From Octopus sinensis (taxonomy: Eukaryota), in NCBI RefSeq assembly GCF_006345805.1, contig NC_043003.1, positions 74,400,001-74,464,000 on the forward strand: a DNA stretch of 64,000 nucleotides, in the 5' to 3' direction. This document shows, piece by piece, positions 38,571 to 52,759 of the stretch. The position numbers were made by a program, and so were the translations under genes. The notes beneath the pieces are model-generated. The model made no database searches. It was not told the DNA's origin and worked only from the letters and a program-made list of their open reading frames with translations. Each line of letters opens with the position of its first letter. Positions within the stretch are counted from its first letter, which is position 1.

Positions 38571-40729
38571 ATAATAAATATTAGGGAATAAATCCAAATT
38601 TACAGGCAAAAAAATGAGATTTAGGATTAAATCCAATTTTATAGTAAAATATTATCAAATATTATTAGAGACAAAACCACTATTTTGCAAAACAAACAAG
38701 GAAAGACTTAATCAATACATAAAATTTTAATAAATAGTCAAAAAAACCGCCACTACAATTGTTTCTAGTCTTGATCGACAATCTTCAGGTGGACTTCCAA
38801 TCTAAAATATCAATATTTTAAAATATAAAAATAATAATTTTAAAATAATTAAAGTATGAATGAAAAAATATAAATATATAATCCATATATAACCTATATA
38901 TAATCCATATATAATCAATATATAAACAATATATAAACTAAAATAAACCTATCAACAATTAAATATAAAATATAAAATATAAAATATAAAATATAAAACA
39001 AAACAAAAAATAATAATAATATAATAATAAACTATATATACACCCATACACATATACCTAATTATATATAACCATATCTAACTACATACACTAAATCACA
39101 ACCCCTATATATATATCCCTAAACATACACATAAAAACGTCTAGGCAACTATAAATAAAATAGCTAAATACTTCAACACAATACTTATTCATACTCCCAC
39201 ACACCACACACATACAACCCACATTCACGCTCTAGAAAACGGACATCACTTAAAATTATGAACGGAGAAATGGAATAAATGGAATTAAAAATTATATTCA
39301 CTTGGTAAAACGAACACTACTTAAAAATTATGAATGAAACAATGCAATAAAACAACAGACATCGCAAATAGACACAAATTACTACGAATTCCTTAACAAA
39401 CCTACCATGATAAACCAAAACTCATAAAAACATATAATGATAAAATCACCCTTTACTAAACTCTATAACATACCTATATAGCAATCCCCCTAACCTAAAC
39501 ATTCACACACAAAAAACACACACGTAAACCACACACCCACGACATATACAAATACCCACACCACTTACACATACCTATACATACATATAAACCTCAACAT
39601 ATACTCCAAAAACCCACTCAACCCCCCACAGACAAATAAACACAAAAATTATGAATGGATTCTTTTATAAAACTACCATGATAAGCTGAAACTCACAAAA
39701 CATAAATGATAAAACCTCCCTTTACTAAACACTATAACATACTTATATAGCAATCCCTTAACCTATACATTCACACACAAATACACACACGTAAACCACA
39801 CACCCATAACAAATACAAACACCCACCCCACTCACACACACCCACAAGTACATATAAGCCTCAACATATACACCAAACAAAATTATTTTACCAAGGAACT
39901 TAACATATGTATAAAAAGTATAACCGCTCTGGAAACGAACATCTTTTAAAATAATGAATGGAGAAATGGAATAAATGGAATTAAAAATAATATTCACGTG
40001 GCAAAACGAACACCACTCAAAAATTATGAATGAAACAATGTAATAAAACAACCAACATCGAAAATAGACAAATTACCACGAATTCCCTAAAAAAAACCAT
40101 GATAAACCAAAACTCTTAAAAACATATAACGATAAAATCGTTATATTTCTATGGTAACGTAATTTTGGTTTGGTTTGCTAAACTCTATAAGAAACCTATA
40201 TAGCAATCCCCCTAACCTAAACATTCACACACAAAAAACACACACGTAAACCACAGACCCACGACTTATACACATACCTATACTAACTTATAAACCTCAA
40301 TATACACCAAAAACCCACTCCCTCCCCACACAGACAAATTAACACATACATCCCAAAACCTAAATAACAAACCCATATACACATTCACACACAAACACAC
40401 ACACACGCAAAACACACACACACAACAGATACATATACTCCCTCACATATACGCATATACATTCTCACTAAACTCGATATATACAACAATATTTACACAC
40501 CCACACTCATACAGATAAATAAATTATACAACTAAAAACTCACACACAATCTCATATACATAAACACTCCAATAAAAAACAACATTAAATACATCGTAAT
40601 TAACCAGAATATCAAAAATAACAATATGACATAAGGAGAAATAAAATAAATGGAACTAAAAACTATATCCACGTGGCAAACCAACACTACTTAAAAAATT
40701 TATTATGAATGGATTCTTTAATAAAACTA

Positions 40730-40730
<1 letters not shown>
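38545..40730 (-). mobile_element. Putative Penelope-like non-coding remnant: hammerhead-bearing end plus G-poor, internally duplicated body
   Basis: Minimal hammerhead at 38750-38792. The plus strand is extremely G-depleted. Block X is at 39254-39446, 39953-40139 and partially at 40636; block Y is at 39452, 39722 and 40178. Confidence 0.55.
38750..38792 (-). ncRNA. Minimal type I hammerhead ribozyme (PLE type)
   Basis: Minus strand ccac CUGAAGA uuguc gaucaa gacua GAAA caauug UA gugg: 4-bp stem I, stem II with one mismatch, palindromic stem III (ACAAUUGU). Confidence 0.7.
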
Positions 40731-40776
<46 letters not shown>

Positions 40777-40791
40777 TGTATATAATACATG

Positions 40792-40825
<34 letters not shown>

Positions 40826-40877
40826 TATTTATATATATGCATATATATATATGTATATATATATATATTATATATAT

Positions 40878-40938
<61 letters not shown>

Positions 40939-40940
40939 TT

Positions 40941-41072
40941 ATAACAATAATTAAGGGTTTAGCAACAAGTTGCTTAACCACATACCGAAAAATAACGGCC
41001 TCTTGGCTACTATTTCTAAATTTTCCGGTATTTGGTTAGACAAATCATTGCTAAACCCTTAATTATTGTTAT
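40941..41072. mobile_element. Short element with ~25 bp TIRs in (TA)n
   Basis: ataacaataattaagggtttagcaa ... ttgctaaacccttaattattgttat. Confidence 0.8.
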
Positions 41073-41218
41073 AATTATATATAAAACTTCTTGTATAAGT
41101 TTTTACCGAATATGGTTCCTTTCCATACCGAAACTACTTGGTGAAATTTATTAATTATAAATTAATAATTTTTTACCCTATACCTATAATAAATATATAT
41201 ATATAGATATATTATATA

Positions 41219-41488
41219 AAAGGGCTTAGTAAAATAAATTACTTTGCCGCATACTGAACTCATTAGAAATAGCAGCTAAAAAACTTTTTTAAAGCTATTT
41301 CTAATACTTAAAGAAAATCTCTCTCATATATAGTGTTTGCTTAATTCAACTCACAAGTTGAATTAAGCAAACACTATATATGAGAGAGATTTTCTTTAAG
41401 TATTAGAAATAGTTTTAAAAAAGTTTTTTAGCTGCTATTTCTAATGAGTTCAGTATGCGGCAAAGTAATTTATTTTACTAAGCCCTTT
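41219..41488. repeat. Near-perfect 270 bp palindrome
   Basis: aaagggcttagtaaaataaattactttgccgcatactgaactcattagaaatagcagc...ttaattcaac|tcacaa|gttgaattaa...gctgctatttctaatgagttcagtatgcggcaaagtaatttattttactaagcccttt. Confidence 0.93.
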
Positions 41489-41605
41489 CATATAATGTAA
41501 TAATTTGAATTCGCCTTGAATGGTCCCTTTGCATACTGAACACTTGGTGAAATTGATTAATAATTAATTAATTTTGCCCTCAATTGTTGAAATTATATAT
41601 ATATA

Positions 41606-41638
<33 letters not shown>

Positions 41639-41717
41639 GATATATCTATATCTATATATAAATATATATACATACACACACAGCCACACGCGCACACACA
41701 CACACATTCATACACAT

Positions 41718-41769
<52 letters not shown>

Positions 41770-41770
41770 A

Positions 41771-41830
<60 letters not shown>

Positions 41831-42449
41831 TTATTTGCAGGAGTCACTTGAATCAAGGAATTATAAAATTCAAGGAACCAAGTGAATGTCATACACCTCC
41901 ATGTACAAGTATATTTACACACAAATATGCACATACATATGAATATACATACACTTCAAATATAAATCCATGCACGCAAGCCTGCAAGTTTATGATCCAA
42001 AGAAAGTTCAATATCTAAGACACGGTTAATTTTTTGCATAAAACACAAATAGCTTAAAATCTCTGTACAGTCGTTTCAGGCATGATTTTCACTGCTGAAT
42101 TTTTCGATTACGTCATGATATCATCGTTTTCTTCAGGTGCATTGAAATTGAATATTTGATTCGGATAAAAATATACCAAGAGATGTGGAATAAGAAACGA
42201 TCTCACATTTGGGCATCATATTTTCAATGATGCCTAAATAGCTGAGTCAACCTTGATTCCTTAATTTGTGGGAATTCTTTTTTCTCCGAAACATTTAAAA
42301 TTTTTAACTCACCTGAAAAAAGCGGTGTGATCAAGGTGTAATCGAATTATTCGTCAATAAAAACGTATCTGAAACATCTGTAGAGAGACATTAACGTATT
42401 CGTGTTCTTACATATGTATGTATTTATGTATATGCGTATATATATATAT

Positions 42450-42772
<323 letters not shown>

Positions 42773-43044
42773 GTGTGTGCATGCATATGCGACAAAGGGG
42801 AACCTGCTTGTAAATAACATTAAAAAGAAAACAATACTAAAGAGAAAAGTGTATGAACTTTCCCGAATGAGTGTTTATGTAGAAACAGTATATTCATATA
42901 TGTAGTTTAAAACCAGTACACATATATATGCTTACATACAAAGAACTAGCAACACTCTTAAAACGGTTGGAGAAAAACAAGGCTGCATTCATTTTCTCAC
43001 ACCTGTGAGACACAGTGTATATCAATCGCAGGCCGCTTATTTTG

Positions 43045-43486
43045 AAAGAGTATATAATATTCAATGTTATATCAATCCTTTATTTACACAAAAATAAACT
43101 TTAAATTTAGTAAGCATTTATAATGCCAAGACTACTTTGATGTTCTCCTGAATTATGAGATAATTGTAATAATTACATCACTACTTGAACGATACTACGG
43201 AATGGAAAGTCATATAATGCATACTCAAAAGCATATTTCTATTTAAAAGCTACACATGAAATAATATATTATAATGACAAAGTAATTGATAAACCCTCAG
43301 AGATTAATTTAACACGTAACCAAAGACTTACAAGTTCATTACTGGGATGTAGCATGAATATATAATATTCAATGTCATATCAATCCTTTATTTACACAAG
43401 AATAAACTTAAAATTTGGGAATCATCTATGCTGGCAAGATTGTTTTGATGTCTTCCTATGAATCATGCCATAATTGTAATAATAAT
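43045..43486 (+). repeat. Diverged ~130 bp direct duplication, period about 310 bp
   Basis: atataatattcaatgt.atatcaatcctt.atttacacaa.aataaactt at about 43052 and about 43360. Confidence 0.8.
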
Positions 43487-44074
43487 TATGTATCTATGAT
43501 TATTTATTTATATCGATACGTTATTTCCTCGTAAATTCTCTTAGAGTTTCAGTATCATTATTGGTATTCTTAAAGTGTATCAGTTATATCACTGCCTGCC
43601 TTAATTATATAATCTCATAACAACGGATTTGTTCGGTGCAGTAGCTGAAGGGAGCAGAAAGTGACTATAAAATAGACATATTTACCCTCATTATGGCAAA
43701 CGTGGAAAACGATTGGTAGAGTAACATCAAGATAAACACATGGTCCTGTCAAATAAATAACGGGGCTATATTTTGATAGATATATCTAGGGTTATGCAGA
43801 TATATACATATTAGTGTGAAACAAGAGAATATGTATAAGTGTATAAGGAATGCATGGCTGTTAAAAATGTTGATTTAATCTAAATCTATGAAGTGAGAAA
43901 AATCGACAACAGTATGTCTGTCAGTATATATATGCGTGTACATGAATATGAATGTGCGTATGTATTTAAGGCTGTAAGTAATTTGGGGTTATAAATGCAT
44001 AAATGCACGTGTATGGGTCAAAGTGTGTATATGTATACATAATTATGTACATACATAGATAGAGACAGGCAGAC

Positions 44075-44190
<116 letters not shown>

Positions 44191-44192
44191 CA

Positions 44193-44372
44193 CTAGCCAC
44201 TACACATTCTTTATTTTCTCTCCTTGTTTCTTTCTGTGTTCCTTTCTGTGGAAGAGCGTAGGATCGAAACGTTAAAGATTTTTTTCAATTCCCGAGCATT
44301 AAACTAATATATCTCTTTGTTGTCTACACCACCTGTGTTCGTCTTTTGTTTATTTTTTTTGTGAATTCTCCG
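44193..44372 (+). mobile_element. PLE-like terminal-repeat fragment between (GATA)n tracts, with a hammerhead-like motif (44242-44278)
   Basis: Highly similar to 63552-63722; cttt ctgtgga a gagcgtaggatc gaaa cg tt aaag. Confidence 0.6.
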
Positions 44373-44410
44373 TATATATATGTGTGTGTAGATAGATACA
44401 TCGATAGATG

Positions 44411-44481
<71 letters not shown>

Positions 44482-44557
44482 GGATAGATAGATGGATAGA
44501 TAGATAGATAAACAGACAGATAGACAGATAGATAGATGTACCAGAATTTGTTGGGGT

Positions 44558-44887
44558 GGGGTGTGAAAATGCACCTGAATTTGAAAAAAATCTATTTTAA
44601 ATAGAAATATTCACATACGTACCACACCAGTTTCAACATTGTTTTGTATATCAATGGTACATATGTATATAAAACATGGGGATATTAACAGATTTTAATA
44701 TTTACGAAGTAGAAATCGAACAAACAAGATTAAAAGATCAATTGTTCATATAAAATTCAATAAGTTTCACAGGGATAGATACTTTCAAAGCAAATAATCT
44801 GCGTTGAAGCTAGTTTGCTATATATGCGAATAAATTTAGTTAAAAATAAGTGTAGGTATTTCAAATTCAGATGCATTTTCAAACCCC
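44558..44887. mobile_element. MITE-like element with ~29 bp TIRs
   Basis: ggggtgtgaaaatgcacctgaatttgaaa / tttcaaattcagatgcattttcaaacccc. Confidence 0.75.
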
Positions 44888-45014
44888 GGAAATAAATGCT
44901 CCTATATTTTCCCCTCTCATGGAAATACAGCTCTTCTCTATTTATCTCTCTCTCTCTGTGTCTCTCTCTGTATATATATATATACATACATATATATATA
45001 TATATTATATATAT

Positions 45015-45065
<51 letters not shown>

Positions 45066-46022
45066 GTGTGTGTGTGTTTGTGTGTGTATGAATATGTGTG
45101 TGATTGTGCGTTTGTATGTGCGTATGAGTGTGTGTATGTGTATGTATGTGTTTATGTGTGTTTAGTTATAATTATTTCTGTGTATACAGCAAGTGAATGG
45201 ACATATAATATGTATATATAAGACTGCAGCCGAGTATATTTCCGTCTGTGCCATAGCATCTTTTTATGACTAATTAAGCGACTGTGATGAGAAATATGTA
45301 CAACTGAAATTAAGTTTACGAACGGATAACAAAGAAATTGATATCCCGTTGGGGTACTAAGGTGACCACGCGTCCTTTGAAGAAAAACAATTACCGACAA
45401 AACAGGTAACGAAGCCTTCTAGTATTAATCTGCCTTCATAAAGTCGAGACATGATAAGAAAAGACTGAAATTCATGTTTTTTTTCATATTTATATTGAAT
45501 ACTTTTGATTTTTATTCCCATTGACTGATATTAATCTCTTTATCCTATAATTATATTTTGACTTATTTCCATTACTTTAATTGGAATTTTATGACTAATG
45601 TGTATTTTAATCGATGTACCAAAATTTATCGAGAAATTGCTCAAGACAAAATGGATACAGAGCAATCAGAAATTGGATGGGATCCACCGTTGTTCACAAA
45701 ACCACTTACGTGAATGCGTAAGTATACACAGCTACAATGGCTCATATTTATATAATACTTATGTAATAGTAAAATATGGAAAATTCAGCGACAAAAAGCT
45801 GTTGGCAACAGAAAAAAGTTGTGATTTGTGATTAAAACCTGTTCAGTCCATCTTGCATAATAATATTTTTATATGCACTCTACTTACACTAACGGATTTT
45901 CACGTGTATACTGAGAAAAAAAAAATTATGCTTGGGGTATGATGGCATATGGTAACCCTGTAACCCAGAAGAGCATAGAAATGAACGTTATGAGGTTTTT
46001 ACTTGGATGTTATTAAATAAAT

Positions 46023-46260
46023 AGGCGGCGAGCTGGCAAAAACGTTAGCACGTCGGGCGAAATGCTTAGCGGTATTTTGTCTGTCGCTACGTTCTGACTT
46101 CAAATTCCGCTGATGTCGACTTTATCTTTCATCCTTTCGGGTTCGATTAAATAAGTACCAGTTACGCACTGAGGTCGATATAATCGACTTAATCCGTTTG
46201 TCTCTCCTTGTTTGTCCCCTGTGCGTCTATCTCCTTGTGGGTAGTAAAGAAATAGATATT
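46023..46260 (+). mobile_element. Octopus SINE family B, full length
   Basis: aggcggcgagctggcaaaaacgttagcac...ttcaaattccgctgatgtcgact...ctttcatcctttcgggttcgattaaataagtaccag...ggtcgatataatcgactt. Confidence 0.9.
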
Positions 46261-46304
46261 AAATAAATACAAGTATCAGTGTGCGTGCGTTTGCGAATAT
46301 GGAA

Positions 46305-46356
<52 letters not shown>

Positions 46357-46542
46357 ATGTATGTGTATGTATGTGCATACATCTATACAAATAGACATTT
46401 ATATATAAACATATTTCTATAGATTATTGGATATAAATACGCTGAAGATAATTTTATACGAAAACAAGACTGTACACGTGTGAAATTATACGTATATATA
46501 TATATATATGTGTGTGTGTATATAAACATATATCAATATATG

Positions 46543-46601
<59 letters not shown>

Positions 46602-47146
46602 CGTGTATATATATACATATACACGCATTTATGTATGAATGTATAGTAAATACTGGAAGATAATGGATTTTCTGCATTTATTGAAGGCTTACAAACACCT
46701 CAGATAAATATTGGAGGAAATTAGTTCCATAGTTCAATCGTATAAACCGGTCGATCTTGGTCGATTAACCGACAAAGTAGAGCACAATCACCCACCCTTA
46801 ATTCGCTTCGAGCCATTAGGAAATCTCAGGCAAAAGAAATGAATTTGATCAAGATGTTCGTAGTTGAAATGTAGGTCATCAATTTTAAGCTAGCATCTGA
46901 CCAGTGCTGGAAAGCTAAACATCTGTATATATTTTCTAGATTATTCGGTTGCAACATACAAATTCATTTTGGTAAATGAACCTCGGATTTACAAATTCGA
47001 CTTGCAACAGGTTTGAGTTGAGATTGCCTGGATTCAAACAGTTATCAATAACAAGACATCGATGTATAACAGGGTATATCTATGAGCGTGGTCTCTCTTT
47101 AACTACAGAGGAAAATTCGACTAGTATTACCAGCCCCTTCTTAGTT

Positions 47147-47180
<34 letters not shown>

Positions 47181-47215
47181 GGGGTGGGGGGTTTGTGTGG
47201 GTGTGTATATACATA

Positions 47216-47801
47216 GGGCACAGAAAGTGTGTCAATAGCAAGCTGGAGGAGGTTTCGTCCTGGGGCTACAAGCTACAGTAGCTCCCACCCTTAAGTGGCA
47301 AAATTACTTCACGATGTCGTGCAGCTACTGTTTGTACTACGCTCAGAGATTTATTATTGCTTGTTTACACTTTTTCGAGATTAGTGGCTTTTCGTCACTA
47401 GAAAAGATATATATATTTTTATTGGGAACCACTTCACATCGAGAACCCATGATTGTCACACGCTGATAACGGATCATTACCAAGAAACTCGGGTCCGTGT
47501 GTATCATGTCAGGATGGAGATGGGACGGAATACTTTCCTTTGCAAATACTGATAGGTCACAGAAAGTGTGTCAATAGCCAGCTGGAGGAAATGTCCTCCT
47601 GGGTTTACAAGCTACAGTAGCACTCACCCTTAATGGGTAGCCACATTTAAGTGGGAAATATACTTCACGATGTAATGCAGCTACTGTATATACCTCGTTC
47701 AGAGATTTATTATTGTTTGTTTACACTTTTTGGAGATCAGTGACTTTTTGTCACTGGAAAAATGATATATATGTGTGCATTGGGAATCACTTCATATCGA
47801 G

Positions 47802-47803
<2 letters not shown>
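47216..47803 (+). repeat. Tandem duplication of a ~230-250 bp unit, period about 340 bp
   Basis: cacagaaagtgtgtcaatagc.agctggagga...acaagctacagtagc..tcagagatttattattg.ttgtttacacttttt at 47219 and 47558. Confidence 0.9.
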
Positions 47804-47881
<78 letters not shown>

Positions 47882-49120
47882 TTGAAAAATATTAGAGATA
47901 TATACAAAACAAAAGTTTATATATAACAAATGGAGATGGATATAGCAGAGGAGACAATATAAGACATTTCAGTTCAGAAGGAATTTAATAAAGCGATTTA
48001 AAAATTATATAAAGAAAATATAGAATATTACCGGTTTCGATGATGGATCTCATTTTGTGAAATATTAGTAAATATTTGTAATAGTTTGAAGTAAAAACAG
48101 TTTCTCTTTTGTTTGGGGTCAAAACATATCTGCAGATTTTTCATTGACGTCTTCTTTAAAAATAGTTTGGTATAGAGTGCAAGGTGTTAGAGAGGGTGTC
48201 CTTGTAGTATCTTTGGAATGTGACGAGATGTGTGTCAATGGAGGTGTATGTTGTGATGAATGCCTTCTTAAAGTAACTATTAAGATTTTCATTTCGTTTT
48301 GATGTATTATTTTGAGTGTCTCCACCTGCGTGCATGTGTGTGTGTAATGTTTTCATTTGGGTGTCTCTAGTTCTCTGTGTGTGTTTTCGCGATGTTTGCA
48401 TCTGTGTGTGTTTAAGTGTGTGCAGAGATGGGTGTGTGTACGCACAAACACACACATATAGATACACAAAAGAAAGTATTGCGAACAAACACACAAGTGG
48501 AGACACAAAAGAAAACATCGAGCTCAAAGGAAGATCCTAATTCTTTCTAGTATGTATATATGTATGCATGCATGCATGTATGTATGTATGGATCAATATA
48601 TGTATAAAACACCAACGATCAGTGAAGTGTGGTATAGAGTTGAAGGTGTTAGAGAGGGTGTGTAGTTGTCTAATGTCTAAAACAAATCTCTGTGAGTTCC
48701 GGTCAAGGGAATGAATGAAAAAGAATTATACAGTAACAAACACACGGTGATTTATGGCAAAAACTAAAAGTATTCAAAAAAATAATAGAATGTGTCATAG
48801 CAAAAATACACACAATTAATCAAAATTGTGTTTATTTTCAAAATAATGAGGATAAGCTGGAGGATAAGTTATCGAAACAGAAACCAAGGCGTAGAAAATA
48901 TAGAATACGCCGCAAATGAAAGGAAAAATATAACAGAACAAGGATATATGGAATACGTTACCATTCTGCGGTGTTTGTCAATAAATTACGATAAAAGAAC
49001 GTGGCAAGAAAGTAGATCAAAACAACGTCACAAAATAATTAACTAAAACGATATATGATTAAGAAGAAATTTACCAAAGAGCAACACGATTTTCCTGCAT
49101 CAAGAAATGATTAAATACTT

Positions 49121-49283
49121 TCCACCTTGTGGCACAAGGTCAGTAAGTTCGTGTGAGTGAGTAAGTCAACTCAGAAAAGATGAAAGAAAAAGTGAATCTC
49201 GGTGGAATTTGAAGTCACCATGTAAGTAAAAAACGCTGTGAGGTATTTTGCCCGGGTGCTAACCATTCTGCTAGCTCACCGAC
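49121..49283 (-). mobile_element. Decayed SINE family B
   Basis: gatgaaagaaaaagtgaatctcggtggaatttgaa...gggtgctaaccattctgctagctcaccg. Confidence 0.7.
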
Positions 49284-52200
49284 TCACAAGAAATATCTTC
49301 ACACTTTACAATAAATGGCACTGTAGAGCCAGTGTAATTCAGATTCCAGAGAATTTTAAGCAAGAACGGAATGGAAGATAACTATTCACCAAAACGTACT
49401 TGCTAAAATACCAAAGATGTTTTAGCGGTCTCTCTAATGAATTACAGCAAAAAAATTCTAGATTATCACAATCTTGAATGATGTAATTGTCTCCTTAGAA
49501 ATTGGAATATGAGCGTAAAATTAAGAAGGTATGACACTAACAAGAAATAAACAGTTACATATGAACGGAAAAGTGATTGTGTGCATATGTGTATATATAT
49601 ACATGTGTGTATGTGTGTCCGTGTTAGCGCGCGCGCGTGAGTGTCTGTACGTGTGTGTGTTTTTGTGTAAACAGTATAGGTCGCACATACATGGTGTATG
49701 CGTTTTGTTTATATACCCATTTGCTGTGGCATAGCGTCCTATGACAGTTTTCTACATTATGCACGATGTTAAACGTCAACAAAAAAACAGAGTATTTGAA
49801 AGAACTCGCCGGGAATAGGTGCAAATGGTACATGTCGATATATTTGCCATTATTGTAGTTGATTAAAACCATATATTCGGATCACCTAGGAAAGAAGTGA
49901 ATCACTAGCCTGGGACGTATTTTCAAATTGATTGAACTGTATTTGCTGATATGCTGCGGCATGGGAAATGTAATCAAAAATTATATTACAAAACAAAAGC
50001 AGCTCTACAACTGTAAACATTAGCAGTCGCACATTCGGAGTGTAGGTCTTTTCTTTCTACATCCATTTACTGCGGGATAGAGTCCGGGAAAAGCTCTCTT
50101 CGCTATGCAGGAGTATTAAAGAAAAACCGAATGTCCAAAGCCAGGCGAGACAACCTGCAACGAAAGACCGACACTGGTAGATACGATATTTCGCCATTAT
50201 TGTGGCTATCAAAAGACATAGTTTTGATAAGTCAGGATAATGGCGAAATATCATTATCAACTGTTCCCATTTATTTAAGCTGCATTCTATGGATAGATAC
50301 TGGACTTGCTTTTAATTCGTAATGCACACACGTACATATACATACACTAATATATATATATATATATACATGTATGTATTTATATATATATATATACACA
50401 CACATGCACATTCATACATACATACATACATACATACATACATACATACTGAATTGATTGCATCGCAATCATTAATATTTATGTATTAACTTTTTTGGGT
50501 ACTTCACTAACAGTATATTGGATATAAGTTATCCCATAGAGGGTTGCATTTACAACCCTTATTTCAATTTGTATATATATATATATATATATACTTCATA
50601 TCAAGAATAAAATCATAACTTGTAGAAGTTTCTTTATATTTGGAAATGGAAGATACGGAACAGGAATCAAAAGAAAGCATCCAAATAACGATAGAAACGT
50701 GAATCACGCCTTATTGTTGCCTCGATACAATGTGATTTTCAAATAAAAATATAAGCGCTTCTGCAAGGAGTTGAAAATATTCGAATAAATAGCAAATTTT
50801 TTTTACAGGAAATAAATATGAGGTATAAATTCTGGATGCCACATAACGTGTTGAGAGGTATAAGTATATTTCAAATATATCGAGGGAGGATTGGGAACTC
50901 ATCCATTGTCTTCAAACTATTATTTGTCACACGTGTGCGGTAGGATTAAAAAATGTAATAAATAAACATGCATCTCCTTTCATATATCCCTTGGTACATA
51001 GAATTCGACAAAAATATAGGTAGGAATCTTCAGGGTGTCATAAATTTCCATTATTGTAAGCAGTTATCACGAACTTTTGCATCATCTTCATTGAAATCAA
51101 GTAGTAACAACATGTGATCCAGAATGTGAAGACTCTAAATTCTAGGACGGAAGCTGTTTGATTACAGCTTATATATATTTTAATTTCAACAGAATTATAT
51201 CCATAGAAATGGTACCGGAATTTAATATTCCCGTTTTAGTAGCAAATATCGTGCATAGCAGGCGCGATACAAAAAGTTGCATCATTTTTTTCGAGTATTG
51301 AAAAGCGTTCAAGAAACTCTCCCATTTTTGTATATTTGATACATCGTACAAATATTTCCTGTATTATTATGCTATGTCAACAAGATAGTGTCAAAATATT
51401 AGTCAACCCTTAAATTAAGAAGAAAACAGGATTAAACCGGTCTTATCTAAAAATATATAAAGGTCATGTAAATATAAATATTTCCTGTATGCTGATGATT
51501 GAAGACCACTTAGAAACCCCAACTCAAAAGTATGCAAGGCGTTGTTCGTAAAGTCAAAATGGATATGCTACTGATTACGAAGCTCGAAATATCTGTCATT
51601 AATATCTATAAAGCTGAAGTGCGAAAACGTTCTTTGATTTCTTGGTTATTCGTCTCATTTTAGGATGGTAACAGTTTAAGGGGCGGTACATGGGGTCGGA
51701 TTGGGGCAGAAATTTACACTAGGGGTAAAATGCGGTGTGCAATGATGTGAGGAGGTTTGCAAGTCGCTCGGGGCTACCGTTTGGTTGCCATGGTGAGGAA
51801 TAGGGGAAAAATTGTGTTTTATGGTATAGGCAGGTTGCGCTGTTTGAATAATGGTGGCTTTTCATGTTGCTGCAAGTGCTAAAGGCTAAGCACGCGTCAA
51901 AATAGCTAGCCAGTATTATAAACCTAAGTAAAATATTAAAGCTGGAAATATCGTATTAGATTCTAACTATGCAAAACTAACTCTTCCACAAATACTTATA
52001 AAACTGAGACGGTAGAACACAGAGAAGTTAGATCATTACAGAAAATTCCACCAAATGACTCAGATTAACACTAAAAATGTACTGGAAATATAAATACACT
52101 AGCAATCAGTTCATAAAATACAGATTCAACTATTTTATTGCAATGAAACCTGAAAACATCTAAGAACGTTTAGAAATCATCAGACTAAAAAAAAAACAGA

Positions 52201-52759
52201 ATGGAACTTTATATAAAGTAGTATTTCAAAATAACAGTGGGTGAACGAAGATAAAGCGAATTAGCCAAGCGAAAATTAATGTAATTAAAGAACAAAAAAT
52301 TCAGCGCCAATTTCCTCGGTATATAGTGAAAGGTTATAGTACAAATTAGAAAGTAACAATAGTGATGACAAGGATTTAAATTACGCAATCGAAAACTATT
52401 TAAATAATAGGAAAACAACAAAATGCTTGAAATAATGGCAAACAAAAGTCAACGAATTCAAATACCAATTAAGATATAATAGAATTGAACACCACTCCAT
52501 AAACAATATTCCGCAAGTTTCGACAAAGTCAGTTAGTGACAAATATCACAATGTCTTAATGTCTCCAAGTTGTTTATATATAAATGGTATTATTTGTACT
52601 GAATTATTATTTGAAGAAATTTATAATTAAAAAAGGATGCTATGATATTTTTCAATAAATGTAGTTTACTCATTCATCCGAGCGATCCAGTAATTTAGGA
52701 TACGTTCTACAGTTTGGTCTACATTACAATTCCTTAGTTTGGAATTCTATTTTCCACAT

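Noticed and set aside
42085-42140. CUGAAGA...GAAA on the minus strand
   Set aside because: No stem III or UH triplet and no proper stem II closure; chance match.
45600-45716. Short stretch open in several frames ending at GTAAGT
   Set aside because: No acceptor site and no recognisable protein; chance in AT-rich DNA.
51660-51912. GC-rich stretch ending in gctag, like a Helitron terminus
   Set aside because: The subterminal hairpin is not convincing and there is no helicase remnant.
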